The notes beneath the pieces are model-generated. The model was not told the DNA's origin and did not search any database. It saw nothing but the letters and a program-made list of their open reading frames with translations. Shown here piece after piece: positions 55,476 to 64,000 of a DNA stretch of 64,000 nt (the stretch's first letter is position 1; every line of letters begins with the position of its first letter). Position numbers and translations under genes: made by a program. This DNA comes from an uncultured Alphaproteobacteria bacterium (lineage in GTDB: Bacteria; Pseudomonadota; Alphaproteobacteria; Rhizobiales; Hyphomicrobiaceae), in assembly GCA_963806735.1 (NCBI GenBank), contig CAWEBE010000045.1:1710-65709 (forward strand). The letters run 5' to 3'.

Positions 55476-56231
55476 ATGGAGATCACCTTTCTTGGCACGG
55501 GCGCGCCACTGCATGTGTCGCGAGCGACCACAGGTATGCTCGTTACAGCCGATGGGTGCGCACCGTTATTGATCGACACTTGCGGCGGTTTTGAACTCGC
55601 TCGAAGTCTGAACAGCGCTGGTTTTCCACTTGCGCAGATCCGAAACATCATTGTGACACACCGCCACTTCGATCACTCGGGCGGGTTGATGGCGCTCTTC
55701 TTGGCGAACATGCCACTAGCTATTCACGCTTTAGACGACACCTACACTGGGATCTGCGAGATGAAGGCGGGTTGTTGTCCTGACACGGACCTTCATCCTG
55801 AAGTGCGTCATCACAGGATCGAATTTGCTGAGAGGCGCGAGATCGGAGGATTCTCCGTAGAGTGCATCCAGGTTGAGCATCGCGTACCGACGATAGCGGT
55901 CAGGATAACTTACCGCGGGAAAACCATCGCTTTCAGTGCTGATAGCCTGCCATGTGAGGGGCTTAATGCAGCGGCGCGGAATGCGGATCTATTCATTTGC
56001 GATACAATGTGCGCAGAGCGGGACGGGGATAGTGCACGCAATCGCACACGAAATCTCATGCACCCGACGGCGAGGGAGGCTGCAGAGATTTCCAAGCAGG
56101 CGGGAGCCCATCGCCTGGCGTGTGTCCATATTGCGCGGTTCGGATCAGCCCAGAATATTTTGGAAGAAGCACAGACGGTTTTCGGCGGACGGGTGGAGGT
56201 ACCTAATGATGGTGATCGCTATTTGATTTGA
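55476..56231 (+). CDS. MBL-fold metallo-hydrolase (RNase Z/ElaC-like size)
   Basis: MEITFLGTG..LLIDTCGG..IIVTHRHFDHSGG (HxHxDH)... Confidence 0.85.
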   Translation: MEITFLGTGAPLHVSRATTGMLVTADGCAPLLIDTCGGFELARSLNSAGFPLAQIRNIIVTHRHFDHSGGLMALFLANMPLAIHALDDTYTGICEMKAGCCPDTDLHPEVRHHRIEFAERREIGGFSVECIQVEHRVPTIAVRITYRGKTIAFSADSLPCEGLNAAARNADLFICDTMCAERDGDSARNRTRNLMHPTAREAAEISKQAGAHRLACVHIARFGSAQNILEEAQTVFGGRVEVPNDGDRYLI

Positions 56232-56704
56232 TGCATCACGGGCCGGAGCCGCTCAAGGGGCGCCCTGGGTTGTTTGCTGCACGGCAAACGGCGATGCGAA
56301 GCCGGACGGCGATTTAGGGTCAAACCCGGAAGAACTCAGACCCCGAAGCGTTTTCCGCATGTCCCCCGAAAGCAGACTTTGCGGGCCACTCCCCGAGTTC
56401 AGAATTCAGGCTTGATGAAGTCGACCAGCTGGCATCTGAACCTTCGTTTATGAGTTCACGCCTTAGTTTTCGTGCATTCAAGGGTGCCTAGCTCTCGTCG
56501 GGCGAGCTGTAGTCCACTGAGGTGACAGCGGACACCGCGTTCAAGGGCGAACTCATTTACTCTTTCTGATGGGCGCAGCGATTGGGCGCCGGAAAAATGT
56601 ACGCCTACAAGATAAACGCGGTCATTTTGCTAACTCATTGCGAGCGAAGGTCCTGCGATGTCGGGGAAAGTGGGAGGGCAGCAATTCTTGACCGGAGATG
56701 TGAC

Positions 56705-56875
56705 ATGAAAAGAACAGTTGTGGTTATTGGGGTGCTTGCCGCGCTGGCAACACCGGCCTTAGCCCAGGGCAAAGGAAGCACGGGAAAGTCGGGGGTAGTC
56801 GTTTCCCCGGGATCCGGCCAGGGCACAGTGGCGACGCCAAAACCGGCCAACCCTACACCTCCTGGCAAGCAGTGA
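56705..56875 (+). CDS. 56-aa secreted Gly/Pro-rich peptide (hypothetical)
   Basis: MKRTVVVIGVLAALATPALAQ signal. GGAG is 11 nt upstream. Confidence 0.4.
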   Translation: MKRTVVVIGVLAALATPALAQGKGSTGKSGVVVSPGSGQGTVATPKPANPTPPGKQ

Positions 56876-57107
56876 TCTGAAGGTTCGAAGACGCTACTCG
56901 CCTTGCTACTAACTTCAGGACGGCGGCTGCGCATCGCTAGACGGTGCCGGCCGCTGTCGCCGGGCAGCGAGCCCGCCTAGCTAGCAGCAGGTCACACTTA
57001 GCAGTCCTTCTGAAAGCCCTTAGCCGCCCAGAGAAGAGATGCCCCACACAGAAAAAGTAGCGGCGCATGCAAAGGAAAACGTCCCTACACCTGGCTGCGA
57101 CTTGCCC

Positions 57108-57180
57108 GCGCAAGCTTGAGCTGACCTCGACGGCGGCTTTGGTGCGCTACGCCGTGCGCAACAAGCAGATCGAGCCTTGA
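57108..57180 (+). pseudogene. C-terminal 23-codon remnant of a NarL-type regulator
   Basis: RKLELTSTAALVRYAVRNKQIEP*. Near-identical to 30686-30759 but without the extra G that shifts that gene. Confidence 0.7.
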
Positions 57181-57590
57181 GTGAGCCGCCGACGGCCGGG
57201 AATATGCGGCCGAGGTGAGCGCCTGAGTGATTTAGAGATCGTGTCTTGAGGCAGCGAAGGTGCGCTGCCTGACTTGGCCGTCCTGCAATTGCAGGCTCCT
57301 GATCACGTCCGATGTCAATGGCACCAACCCCGAGATGAGGACCACGTCCTTAGCTTCGCAGACGTCCCGAACCGCTGTCTCAGCCTCTTTGAAGCTCGGG
57401 ACAACGCAATCCCATATTTCCCGGATGGGAGATGTCTTCCCGTGCCGGATGACCATGACCGTCCAGCCGGGGTTTGGTGGTGCACGAGCGGGCATACCTT
57501 ACAGATCGCACGATCCGAGTAAAAAAATCGCTAGAGCACAGCGTAAAATTCAGACAAATCGCGCCGAGGGAAGGTCAATAAAGGGCGTAC

Positions 57591-57729
57591 CCAACATTGG
57601 AGCATTGCGCGGAGGGGGCTAACCTGTTCCAACTCGGCTTGAGGTAGCGCCGGGATTTCGCATCATTTCCTCCAGCGCTTCCTCCTCAGGAAGTTAACTG
57701 GCCCGCAAACTCGCGGGCCTTTTCTTTTC
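57591..57729 (+). ncRNA. Candidate small RNA, copy 2 of the paralogous family
   Basis: Homologous to 15841-15990(-). Stem AGCGC/GCGCU with a loop containing UUUCCUCC. Second hairpin CUUCCU-CCUC-AGGAAG. Terminator GGCCCGC-N6-GCGGGCC plus UUUUCUUUU. Confidence 0.4.
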
Positions 57730-57740
57730 AGTTAGAGTGG

Positions 57741-57815
57741 CGTTGGGCGATGTCGGCAGCATCGCTCCTCAACTGGCCCGCGGACACGAGAACTCCTAAC
57801 GGGCCTTTTTCTTTT
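57741..57815 (+). ncRNA. Second, tandem terminator-ended element (candidate short sRNA)
   Basis: ..GCUCCUCAACUGGCCCG-N19-CGGGCC plus U5CU4. Shares CUCCUCA..ACUGGCCCG with the element just upstream. Confidence 0.3.
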
Positions 57816-57912
57816 GCCAGATCAACACCTGCCACCTGTCCAATTCCCCAAGGTGGGACTGGCCGCGGGTTGAAAGTGCTCCGGACTCCAATAGCGATCC
57901 TGAGGCACACGT

Positions 57913-58584
57913 TTAGGGCTGTGCGCCGATGCTTAAGGCCGGGAGCAGGACCTTGGCCAAGAGTGGCATGGTGCTGGCCATGATCAGCGCAGTCAGCCCC
58001 ATAGCGATGCCAGCTGTCGCGCCGGCCTCCTCGCTTTCTTGCAGGATGCGCGCCGTGCCCTGGCCATGACTGGCTGCGCCCATGGCCAAGCCGCGCGCCA
58101 TCGGATCCGTGACGCCGAGGCGATCGAGCAGCGCCGGACCAAAGGCAGCGCCCGTCATGCCCGCGACCACGGCCATGATGGCGGCCAGTGATGGGATCGC
58201 GCCGGTATAAGGGGCAATGCTCATGGCCACGGGCGCGGTTACCGACCGCGTCGCCAATGACGCCATGAGGGATGGGTCGACAGCGAAGATCCAGGCGAGG
58301 ATGCCAACGAGCAGCAGTCCAGCCGCCGAACCGGAGACAATGCCGGCCATGATCGGCAGTACGGCGGCTCGGATTCTGCCGAGGTGGCGAAACATGGGTA
58401 CGGCGAGCGCCACCGTGGCTGGGCCGAGCAGGAAATGGATGAACTGTGCCCCCTCGAAATAACGCTCATAGGGTGTGTCGGTGACGGCCAACACCAGCAT
58501 CACCACGCACACGGACAGGAGCACCGGATTGGCCAGTGGGTGCGCGCGCAAGCGTTGATTGAGCCAAGCCGCCGCCGCGAACAC
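57913..58584 (-). CDS. lrgB: LrgB/CidB-family membrane protein, N-terminally truncated
   Basis: ..HPLANPVLLSVCVVMLVLAV..FLLGPATVALAVPMF..TRSVTAPVAM..GLAMGAASHGQGTAR.. The first TM helix and any lrgA/cidA partner are missing. Confidence 0.85.
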   Translation of the reverse strand: MFAAAAWLNQRLRAHPLANPVLLSVCVVMLVLAVTDTPYERYFEGAQFIHFLLGPATVALAVPMFRHLGRIRAAVLPIMAGIVSGSAAGLLLVGILAWIFAVDPSLMASLATRSVTAPVAMSIAPYTGAIPSLAAIMAVVAGMTGAAFGPALLDRLGVTDPMARGLAMGAASHGQGTARILQESEEAGATAGIAMGLTALIMASTMPLLAKVLLPALSIGAQP

Positions 58585-58810
58585 TGCAGCGGCATTGGGC
58601 GCCTATCGCCTTCGGCGTGTTGGCCGGTACCGCGATTACTTTGGCGGCCACCGCAATGGTCGCGCGCTACCTCGCAGCAAGGCGTGACCGCCCAGCCAAA
58701 TGCGAGATGGCGGAACCCATAACCGACGCACCCCGCAACGAGGCTTCACGTCTAGTGGACAAGAAGCACCCCTCAGCGCCAAGCCGTGGGACGAGGTTCG
58801 TTAGGCCCGA

Positions 58811-59035
58811 CTACTTCTTTGCACGCGCATCCACGCATTTGCCATCCTTGCGGTACATGAACGCACCGCAGTGCTTGTAGGACGCAACCTTCTTCTTTGA
58901 CTTCTTGCTGGCTGTGTAGGTGACGTTGCTTTCGACGCCGGTTTTGCCAATTGCAATAGCCGATGTGACGGCTTGTGATAGTGGAAGCGCCAGAAACGCG
59001 GTCGCTGCCAAAGCCAGTGCTTTCGTCATACGCAT
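58811..59035 (-). CDS. 74-aa secreted Lys-rich peptide with a C-terminal Cys pair (paralogue 2)
   Basis: AAGGAA SD. MRMTKALALAATAFLALPLSQA signal. ..NVTYTASKKSKKKVASYKHCGAFMYRKDGKCVDARAKK. Confidence 0.6.
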   Translation of the reverse strand: MRMTKALALAATAFLALPLSQAVTSAIAIGKTGVESNVTYTASKKSKKKVASYKHCGAFMYRKDGKCVDARAKK

Positions 59036-59203
59036 AGGCTGTTCCTTCCCTTCAGTTGGCGTACGGAGCCCGACCTAATATTTCCCGGGCGTTTCGTTGT
59101 CGTCAAGTCGGGACTGCAATTATGGGAAACTTGGCCGGCTCATCGCAGTCGGGTGGTGAATCCAGAAAGGAGCCTACTTACGCCTAGCTATGGTCCAGCT
59201 ATC

Positions 59204-59557
59204 CTACCAGTGCCAGGGCCGATGACGGCCGTGATGGTAGGCATGCCAGTCCTTGTGTGGCCACTCGCGCAGCGGATAGCCCCAGCTCTGGTAAAAGCGG
59301 AAGTGGGGCGGGCGGGTGTTCCACACGTTGTAGTGCACCCGGTTGCGATAGAGCACGTACTTGGCCGGACGCCAGAAGTCAGAACGGTAATAGGGGTAAT
59401 AGCCGCGGGGCTCGTATTGGTATGCGTACGGGTCCTCGGGGAACAGGTGGGCATAGCGCGCGTAGCCTGAGTGCGCCCGCTTCTTTACAGCCGGCCGGTC
59501 CAGATCGGCACCGAAGGCGGCGCCCAAGTCCAAGTTGACAACCAGGACACCGGCCAT
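59204..59557 (-). CDS. His/Tyr/Trp/Pro/Arg-rich protein (start uncertain)
   Basis: High GC3. ..DPYAYQYEPRGYYPYYRSDFWRPAKYVLYRNRVHYNVWNTRPPHFRFYQSWGYPLREWPHKDWHAYHHGRHRPWHW. A hydrophobic AAAAAMAGVLVV lies just upstream. Confidence 0.4.
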   Translation of the reverse strand: MAGVLVVNLDLGAAFGADLDRPAVKKRAHSGYARYAHLFPEDPYAYQYEPRGYYPYYRSDFWRPAKYVLYRNRVHYNVWNTRPPHFRFYQSWGYPLREWPHKDWHAYHHGRHRPWHW

Positions 59558-59851
59558 CGCCGCGGCGGCTGCAAGGGTGTGTGCCCGGCATTTGGACGCA
59601 CCAATCCCACCGTAACGCCCCTTGGTGCCGCACTTCTGACAGCGAGCGTTGCGCCGTAGCAGCTGGAGGCATCCGCGCCCCAGCGAATGATGAAAGGCGT
59701 TAGCGCCACGGCAGCGGACCGGGCGCACACTTTTCCTTCGCAGCACGGCTACAACCAGCTGTGGCCCCGGCGTAGGACGCCAAGCGTCGGCACCTCATCG
59801 TCTCGGTTCGAGCGCCACGTCTGCATGGCCTGCAGGATCCCATGGGGTGGC

Positions 59852-60065
59852 AATATCCACCCGAGTGCATGCGCATCGTGCAGGAAGGCTTTACGAAGCA
59901 AGACATGCTTGAGGCGGCCTGAGGTTCTCAGCCCAATTTGCCACGTTCCAGTTGGTTATCCACGCCCGAACTCTTGAAAACCACGCCATAGGTCTCGTCC
60001 GTTCTTCGCGGCCATCGCCTCTGGCGTCCACCTTTGGAGAGGCACCTTTTCTCCATCGTGCACAG
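59852..60065 (+). repeat. Dispersed repeat, copy C (SRAP 3'-end remnant ..CMRIVQEGFTKQDMLEAA* plus downstream sequence)
   Basis: Collinear with 13691-13907. Stops inside the structured core after ..CTCCATCGTGCACAG. Confidence 0.8.
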
Positions 60066-60165
60066 AGACGTGATCGCCAGACGAACTCAATCCGAATGCT
60101 GCGGCGCTGCACATTTCCAAGTGAAAGGGCCCCGCGGAAGCGGGGCCCCGTCTTGAGACACTTCA

Positions 60166-60924
60166 CTAGTCGCGTTTGCCGAACAGCTGCAGCAGCATGA
60201 CGAACAGGTTAATGAAGTCGAGGTAGAGGTTGAGCGCGCCCATGATGGCACCCTTCGTCATCGCCGTCGCGTCGCCCATCACCTCATAGTAGCCGTCCTT
60301 GATGCGCTGGGTGTCGTAGGCGGTGAGGCCCGCGAACACCAGCACGCCGATCACGGAGATGGCAAACTGCAACGCGCTCGACTGCAGAAATAGGTTGACC
60401 AGCGAGGCGATGACGACGCCGATCACGCCCATAAAGAGGAACGTGCCCCAAGCAGACAGGTCCCTCTTGGTCGTATAGCCGTATAGGCTGAGGCCGCCGA
60501 AAGCCGCCGCTGTGACGAAGAACACCTGCGAGATCGACTGCCCGGTGTACACCAGGAAGATCGAAGACAGCGACAGGCCCATCACGCCGGCAAACGCCCA
60601 GAACGCGATCTGCGCCGCCGGCACGCTCATCTTGTAGATGCGGAAGGACAGGAAGAACACGAACGCCAGGGGCGCCAGCATGATCACCCACTTGAGGGGG
60701 GACACGTATATCAGCTGACCGAACTCGGTCAGCTGGCGCGCGCCGGTCGGTCCGCGTGTCATCGCCGCTTGAGATGCCAAGTAGGCAACGATGCCGGTGA
60801 AGAGCACGCCGCCAGCCATGTAGTTGTAGACGCGCAGCATGTAAGCGCGCAGACCCTCGTCCACCGCGACGTCGGTGCGCGCGCCCACGCGGGCAGCGGC
60901 GTACCGGTTGTCGATCTCAGCCAT
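60166..60924 (-). CDS. Bax-inhibitor-1/YccA-family membrane protein
   Basis: ..EGLRAYMLRVYNYMAGGVLFTGIVAY.. Seven hydrophobic segments. ..LNLYLDFINLFVMLLQLFG. Confidence 0.9.
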   Translation of the reverse strand: MAEIDNRYAAARVGARTDVAVDEGLRAYMLRVYNYMAGGVLFTGIVAYLASQAAMTRGPTGARQLTEFGQLIYVSPLKWVIMLAPLAFVFFLSFRIYKMSVPAAQIAFWAFAGVMGLSLSSIFLVYTGQSISQVFFVTAAAFGGLSLYGYTTKRDLSAWGTFLFMGVIGVVIASLVNLFLQSSALQFAISVIGVLVFAGLTAYDTQRIKDGYYEVMGDATAMTKGAIMGALNLYLDFINLFVMLLQLFGKRD

Positions 60925-61096
60925 TTGCTTTCATCCCTTTGACGTTAGCGCGTGCCGTCTGGCCTGCGCGAGAATCGACGATCGCACCTGTAGTCGCCTA
61001 AATCAAATCTCACGCGCCGTTGGCGAACTTGGGATGGGCGACGGTTCAATCGGTAGAAACCCGGACTGGCAGTGGGGTGGTGGTGTGACAGCTATT

Positions 61097-61188
61097 GGCA
61101 CCCGTTCTCCGTCGTGGACAGCTCGCTCGCATTTCCTGGGGGTAAACCAGACGTGCTGAACCAACGAGCACGACGGGAGAAGATGACC
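61097..61188 (+). repeat. Structured dispersed repeat, copy D (complete core)
   Basis: GGCACCCGTTCTCCGTCGTGGACAGCTCGCTCGCATTTCC..CGTGCTGAACCAACGAGCACGACGGGAGAAGATGACC. Confidence 0.75.
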
Positions 61189-61272
61189 CAACTGAGACAT
61201 TGAGTGCGGACAACCGAATCCTCAACTCCCCCCGTTTGACGAGCCTTCGCCTCAGGTGGCCAGGAAAGCTGG

Positions 61273-62926
61273 CTATCTCTCCGGCATACCCGCCTTCCGC
61301 AAACCATCGAACAAATGCTCTGCATCGTCTGCGAGCTGGTATGGCGCTAGTTTCCTTTGCTTGCCGTCGAGCGTAAACGTTGGGTCAAGGCGCAAGACCT
61401 CGGCAATCTCTCGCCGAGCCTCATCAAGTTGACCTAGCTGTGCATAGTTGGCTGCCATCCAGTTATGGCCGCCTCGAAAGTTGGGCGCCCGAGATGTACA
61501 TTCCAGTAGCCACGGTGAAGCTTCCGCGTACCTCTTGAGCATGTAGTAAGCAAGCCCGAAGAAACCGGCCGCTGCGGCAGGATAGAACGGGTCAAGGCGC
61601 GTAATAACGCCCAACATCCTAATTGCCCGCTCAGCTTCTCCAGCGTGAACCAGGGCCAAACCGAAACGCCAATTGGAGAAATTGGGGTTCAATGCGGTTG
61701 CTCTTTCGAATTCGGCAATAGCCTCCTTATGTCGGCGCATGAAGCTCAGTACCAGTCCGAGGTGTTCATGACCGATGGTGAGATTGGGGGCGAGCTGAAC
61801 GGCTTTGCTTGCGATTTGGTGCGCGCGTTCCAGAGTGCTGGTATTCAGATAATCATCGTCCAGTCGATGGACATAGGCGCATAAGTAAATATTCGAAAGC
61901 ACAGCATGGGCACTCGCATAATTCTGGTCGATTGAAAGTGCACTCTGCAAGTGCTGTCGCGCAGTGTACAAGTCGGCAACTCCATAGGTCGTCAAGAACG
62001 AGGAAAAACGCATTCCTTCCCTGCAAGTAATAGTCATAAGCCTGCCAAGTAGCTGGCGGCCTCACCAGCGTGCGCTCGACCTCAGCTTTGCCCACATGCG
62101 CTGCTAGGATCGATGCGATTGTTCGCGCGACCTCGTCCTGGACCGCGAAGATGTCCTTCATTTCACGATCGTAGCGTTCCGCCCAGCGATGAGCGCCGGT
62201 AATGGCATCGACGAGCTTGGCCGTGATACGGACTTGGTCGTCGATTTTTCGGATGCTGCCTTCCAGCACATAGTTAACGCCGAGTTCGGTCCCAACTTGC
62301 CGGACATCAAATGCACTGCTCTTCAATTTGAAACTCGAGTTGCTGGCGATAACGAGCAACTCGGAAAACCGCGACAACTCGGTGACGATGTCGTCGGTGA
62401 TGCCATCGCTGAAATACTCCTGATGCGGATCGCTGCTTAGATTGGCGAAGGGAATGACAGCTATCGATGGCTTGTCTGGCAGAGGTAGCCGCGCGGCATC
62501 GAATTTGCGCGCCGCGTCAGGAGTACCAGCAATCTGATCGACTGAGTCCTTGTGCTCGACGCGGCCGACGAAACGGTAGCCGTGACCAGGGATGGTTTGC
62601 AGGGCGTGCGCACAATCCGGATCGCTCGAGAGCACCTTGCGCAACGCAGAAATCTGGGCCTGAAGGTTGTTTTCTTCGACCGCCCTGCCCAACCAGACTT
62701 CGGCCAACAGCTTGTCTTTGGTTACGAGCTGACCTTGTCGTTTGACCAGCGCCAACAAGACATCGAACGCGCGCGAGCCGAGGTGAACAGGTCCTTCATG
62801 CCGCAACAACTCGCGCCGCCTGGTCACAAGCCGGAACGAACCAAAGCGATATTCCTCCGCCTCGCCCCGAGTGAAGCTGGTCTCGGTTGCATCGGGAGCA
62901 TCGTCAGTACCAGTCGATCGTGACAC
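61273..62926 (-). pseudogene. CadC/OmpR-type winged-helix + TolB-like + TPR regulator split by one frameshift
   Basis: ORF 61853..62926 gives ..YRFGSFRLVTRRRELL..LGSRAFDVLLALV..IPGHGYRFVG.., then ..SIAVIPFANLSSDP..YFSDGITDDI.. ORF 61273..62037 gives the TPR half. Removing one T from the T5 run (62004-62008) joins ..AYDYYLQGRNAF-SSFLTTYG.. Confidence 0.8.
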
Positions 62927-63056
62927 GCGGCACCTGACTTCAGAAGGTTTCAGGGCATTTCAGGCCAGAGGCAAAGACTTTGGGTGCGCTTCAGCTTCAC
63001 AGTCGAGCATAGCAAATATCGCCTCGATCGCCCAACGCAGCGAGGAAGACCGCGCC

Positions 63057-63370
63057 ATGAGCCCATCGCCCATCTTGTTGATCGGCGCTCTGCTCGCAAT
63101 GGGCCCGGTACCCTTTGCGGCGGCGCACTCTTGGTACCCCCATGAATGCTGCAACGATATGGACTGCGCCCCTGTCGAGAGCATAGTTCAGATTGTTCCC
63201 CTGGGTGGAGGCGCCCCGCAGATTGTGGTCACTTCAAAACACGGCAGGGCAACAGCGCGCGGAGATTTCCCGGTACAGAGTTCAAAGACGGTCGCATGCA
63301 TGTCTGCATGCGTCGGCACGATTCAGGAGATATGGATGTAGTCTGTCTTTTTATGCCGCCCTCCATGTAG
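63057..63370 (+). pseudogene. Secreted Cys-rich protein (HSWYP..CC..DC family) with a frameshifted C-terminus
   Basis: MSPSPILLIGALLAMGPVPFAAAHSWYPHECCNDMDCAPVE.. The family-like end KDGRMHVCMRRHDSGDMDVVCLFMPPSM* lies in the frame of ORF 63146..63370 (switch ~63280). Confidence 0.5.
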
Positions 63371-63771
63371 GCGCCGCAGTGGATAATCATGGCACGCTCA
63401 CTCTTCGGTAGTTTCGACCTGTAGCCGTGTTAGCGGTTCGCAGCGAACTTCGATGTAAGCGCGTTGTACTTCCGAAATTGGCACATATTCACCGTGCCGA
63501 GGCGATTGGCAGAACGTCAGCTTATGGGGGCAGACCCGCCGGTGCGGCACCGCTCGGGCAACGGGGAATTTTGACCCAAGTGCGACATCCGACAATCTGA
63601 GCGGGTGCGGCGCACCATGCGAAGATCCTAGTGAAGACGGGCTCAAGCATTGAGTAACCCCACTTCACGCTCAAAAAAGCAGACTATCGCGCGACAACTG
63701 CGATGGTAGGCTGGCGGTCCCCAACCCGCGTCGCGGCCGAGTGCTTCGTTCACTTAACGGGGAGGACGACC

Positions 63772-64000
63772 ATGAAGTTTGCTTACGTCCGAAACGCCGT
63801 TGCAGCGCTCGTTCTGCTATCGGGCCAAGCGTCTGCGCAGGAGCAGCCGCTGACGACGAAATGCGAGTCGGCTCCGCTGATGGCTGTGTTCCAGGTGGTT
63901 AGCGAGACCGGCCGCATGCCGCCAAACCTTGTCAAATTCATTGGGGATGCGGCATTGCAGAAGATCGAGCCCTACAAGGCTTTCGACAACGTCTACTATG
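63772..64000 (+). CDS. MBL-fold (subclass B3 beta-lactamase-like) protein, N-terminal part only
   Basis: GGAGGA SD. MKFAYVRNAVAALVLLSGQASAQ signal. ..KIEPYKAFDNVYY resembles the ..EPFQLIDNIYYVG start of BJP-1-type enzymes (memory). Runs off the window. Confidence 0.55.
   Translation, partial: MKFAYVRNAVAALVLLSGQASAQEQPLTTKCESAPLMAVFQVVSETGRMPPNLVKFIGDAALQKIEPYKAFDNVYY

Noticed and set aside
57639-57667. Sigma70-like promoter (TTGAGG-N17-ATCATT) inside sRNA candidate copy 2.
   Set aside because: The corresponding -10 in copy 1 is TGTCCT, so the promoter is not conserved. The conserved block is more likely part of the transcript or another element, and the 5' ends remain undefined.

Overview
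Visibly GC-rich DNA (about 60-65% GC by eye, not computed). The protein families (HWE and HisKA_3 kinases, NarL-type regulators, DUF6894/DUF768-like proteins, an Omp25/31-type porin, a BJP-1-like MBL start) suggest a Bradyrhizobium/Nitrobacteraceae-like alphaproteobacterium; this is inference, no search was run. I recognised no rRNA, tRNA or CRISPR array. The window is a mosaic accessory region. It holds one apparently intact IS3-family element and a truncated tyrosine recombinase beside a lower-GC islet with an MT-A70 methyltransferase / PD-(D/E)xK nuclease-like pair. It also holds a two-component cluster: four paralogous NarL-type regulators, one intact 1041-aa MASE1-PAS-HWE kinase and one broken PAS-HisKA_3 kinase. 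Other content includes a Fur-family / multicopper-oxidase / ZIP metal cluster, an oxoamine-synthase / flavin-monooxygenase pair, stress-type genes (two-CSD cold-shock protein, USP, two CBS-pair proteins, BI-1) and many small secreted or basic proteins. Two things stand out. First, at least 16 genes are split by frameshifts or in-frame stops, or survive only as fragments (CHAT, SRAP, desaturase, DUF4337, Crp/Fnr, LrgB, ligase and csp pieces). Second, there is unusual intra-window paralogy that includes non-coding elements: a terminator-ended sRNA-like locus with CU-rich loops in two to three copies, a ~95-nt repeat with a 13-bp closing stem in four copies, and a 41-nt identical block near both kinase loci. 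Coordinates not taken from the ORF track were derived by hand and may be off by 1-2 nt.
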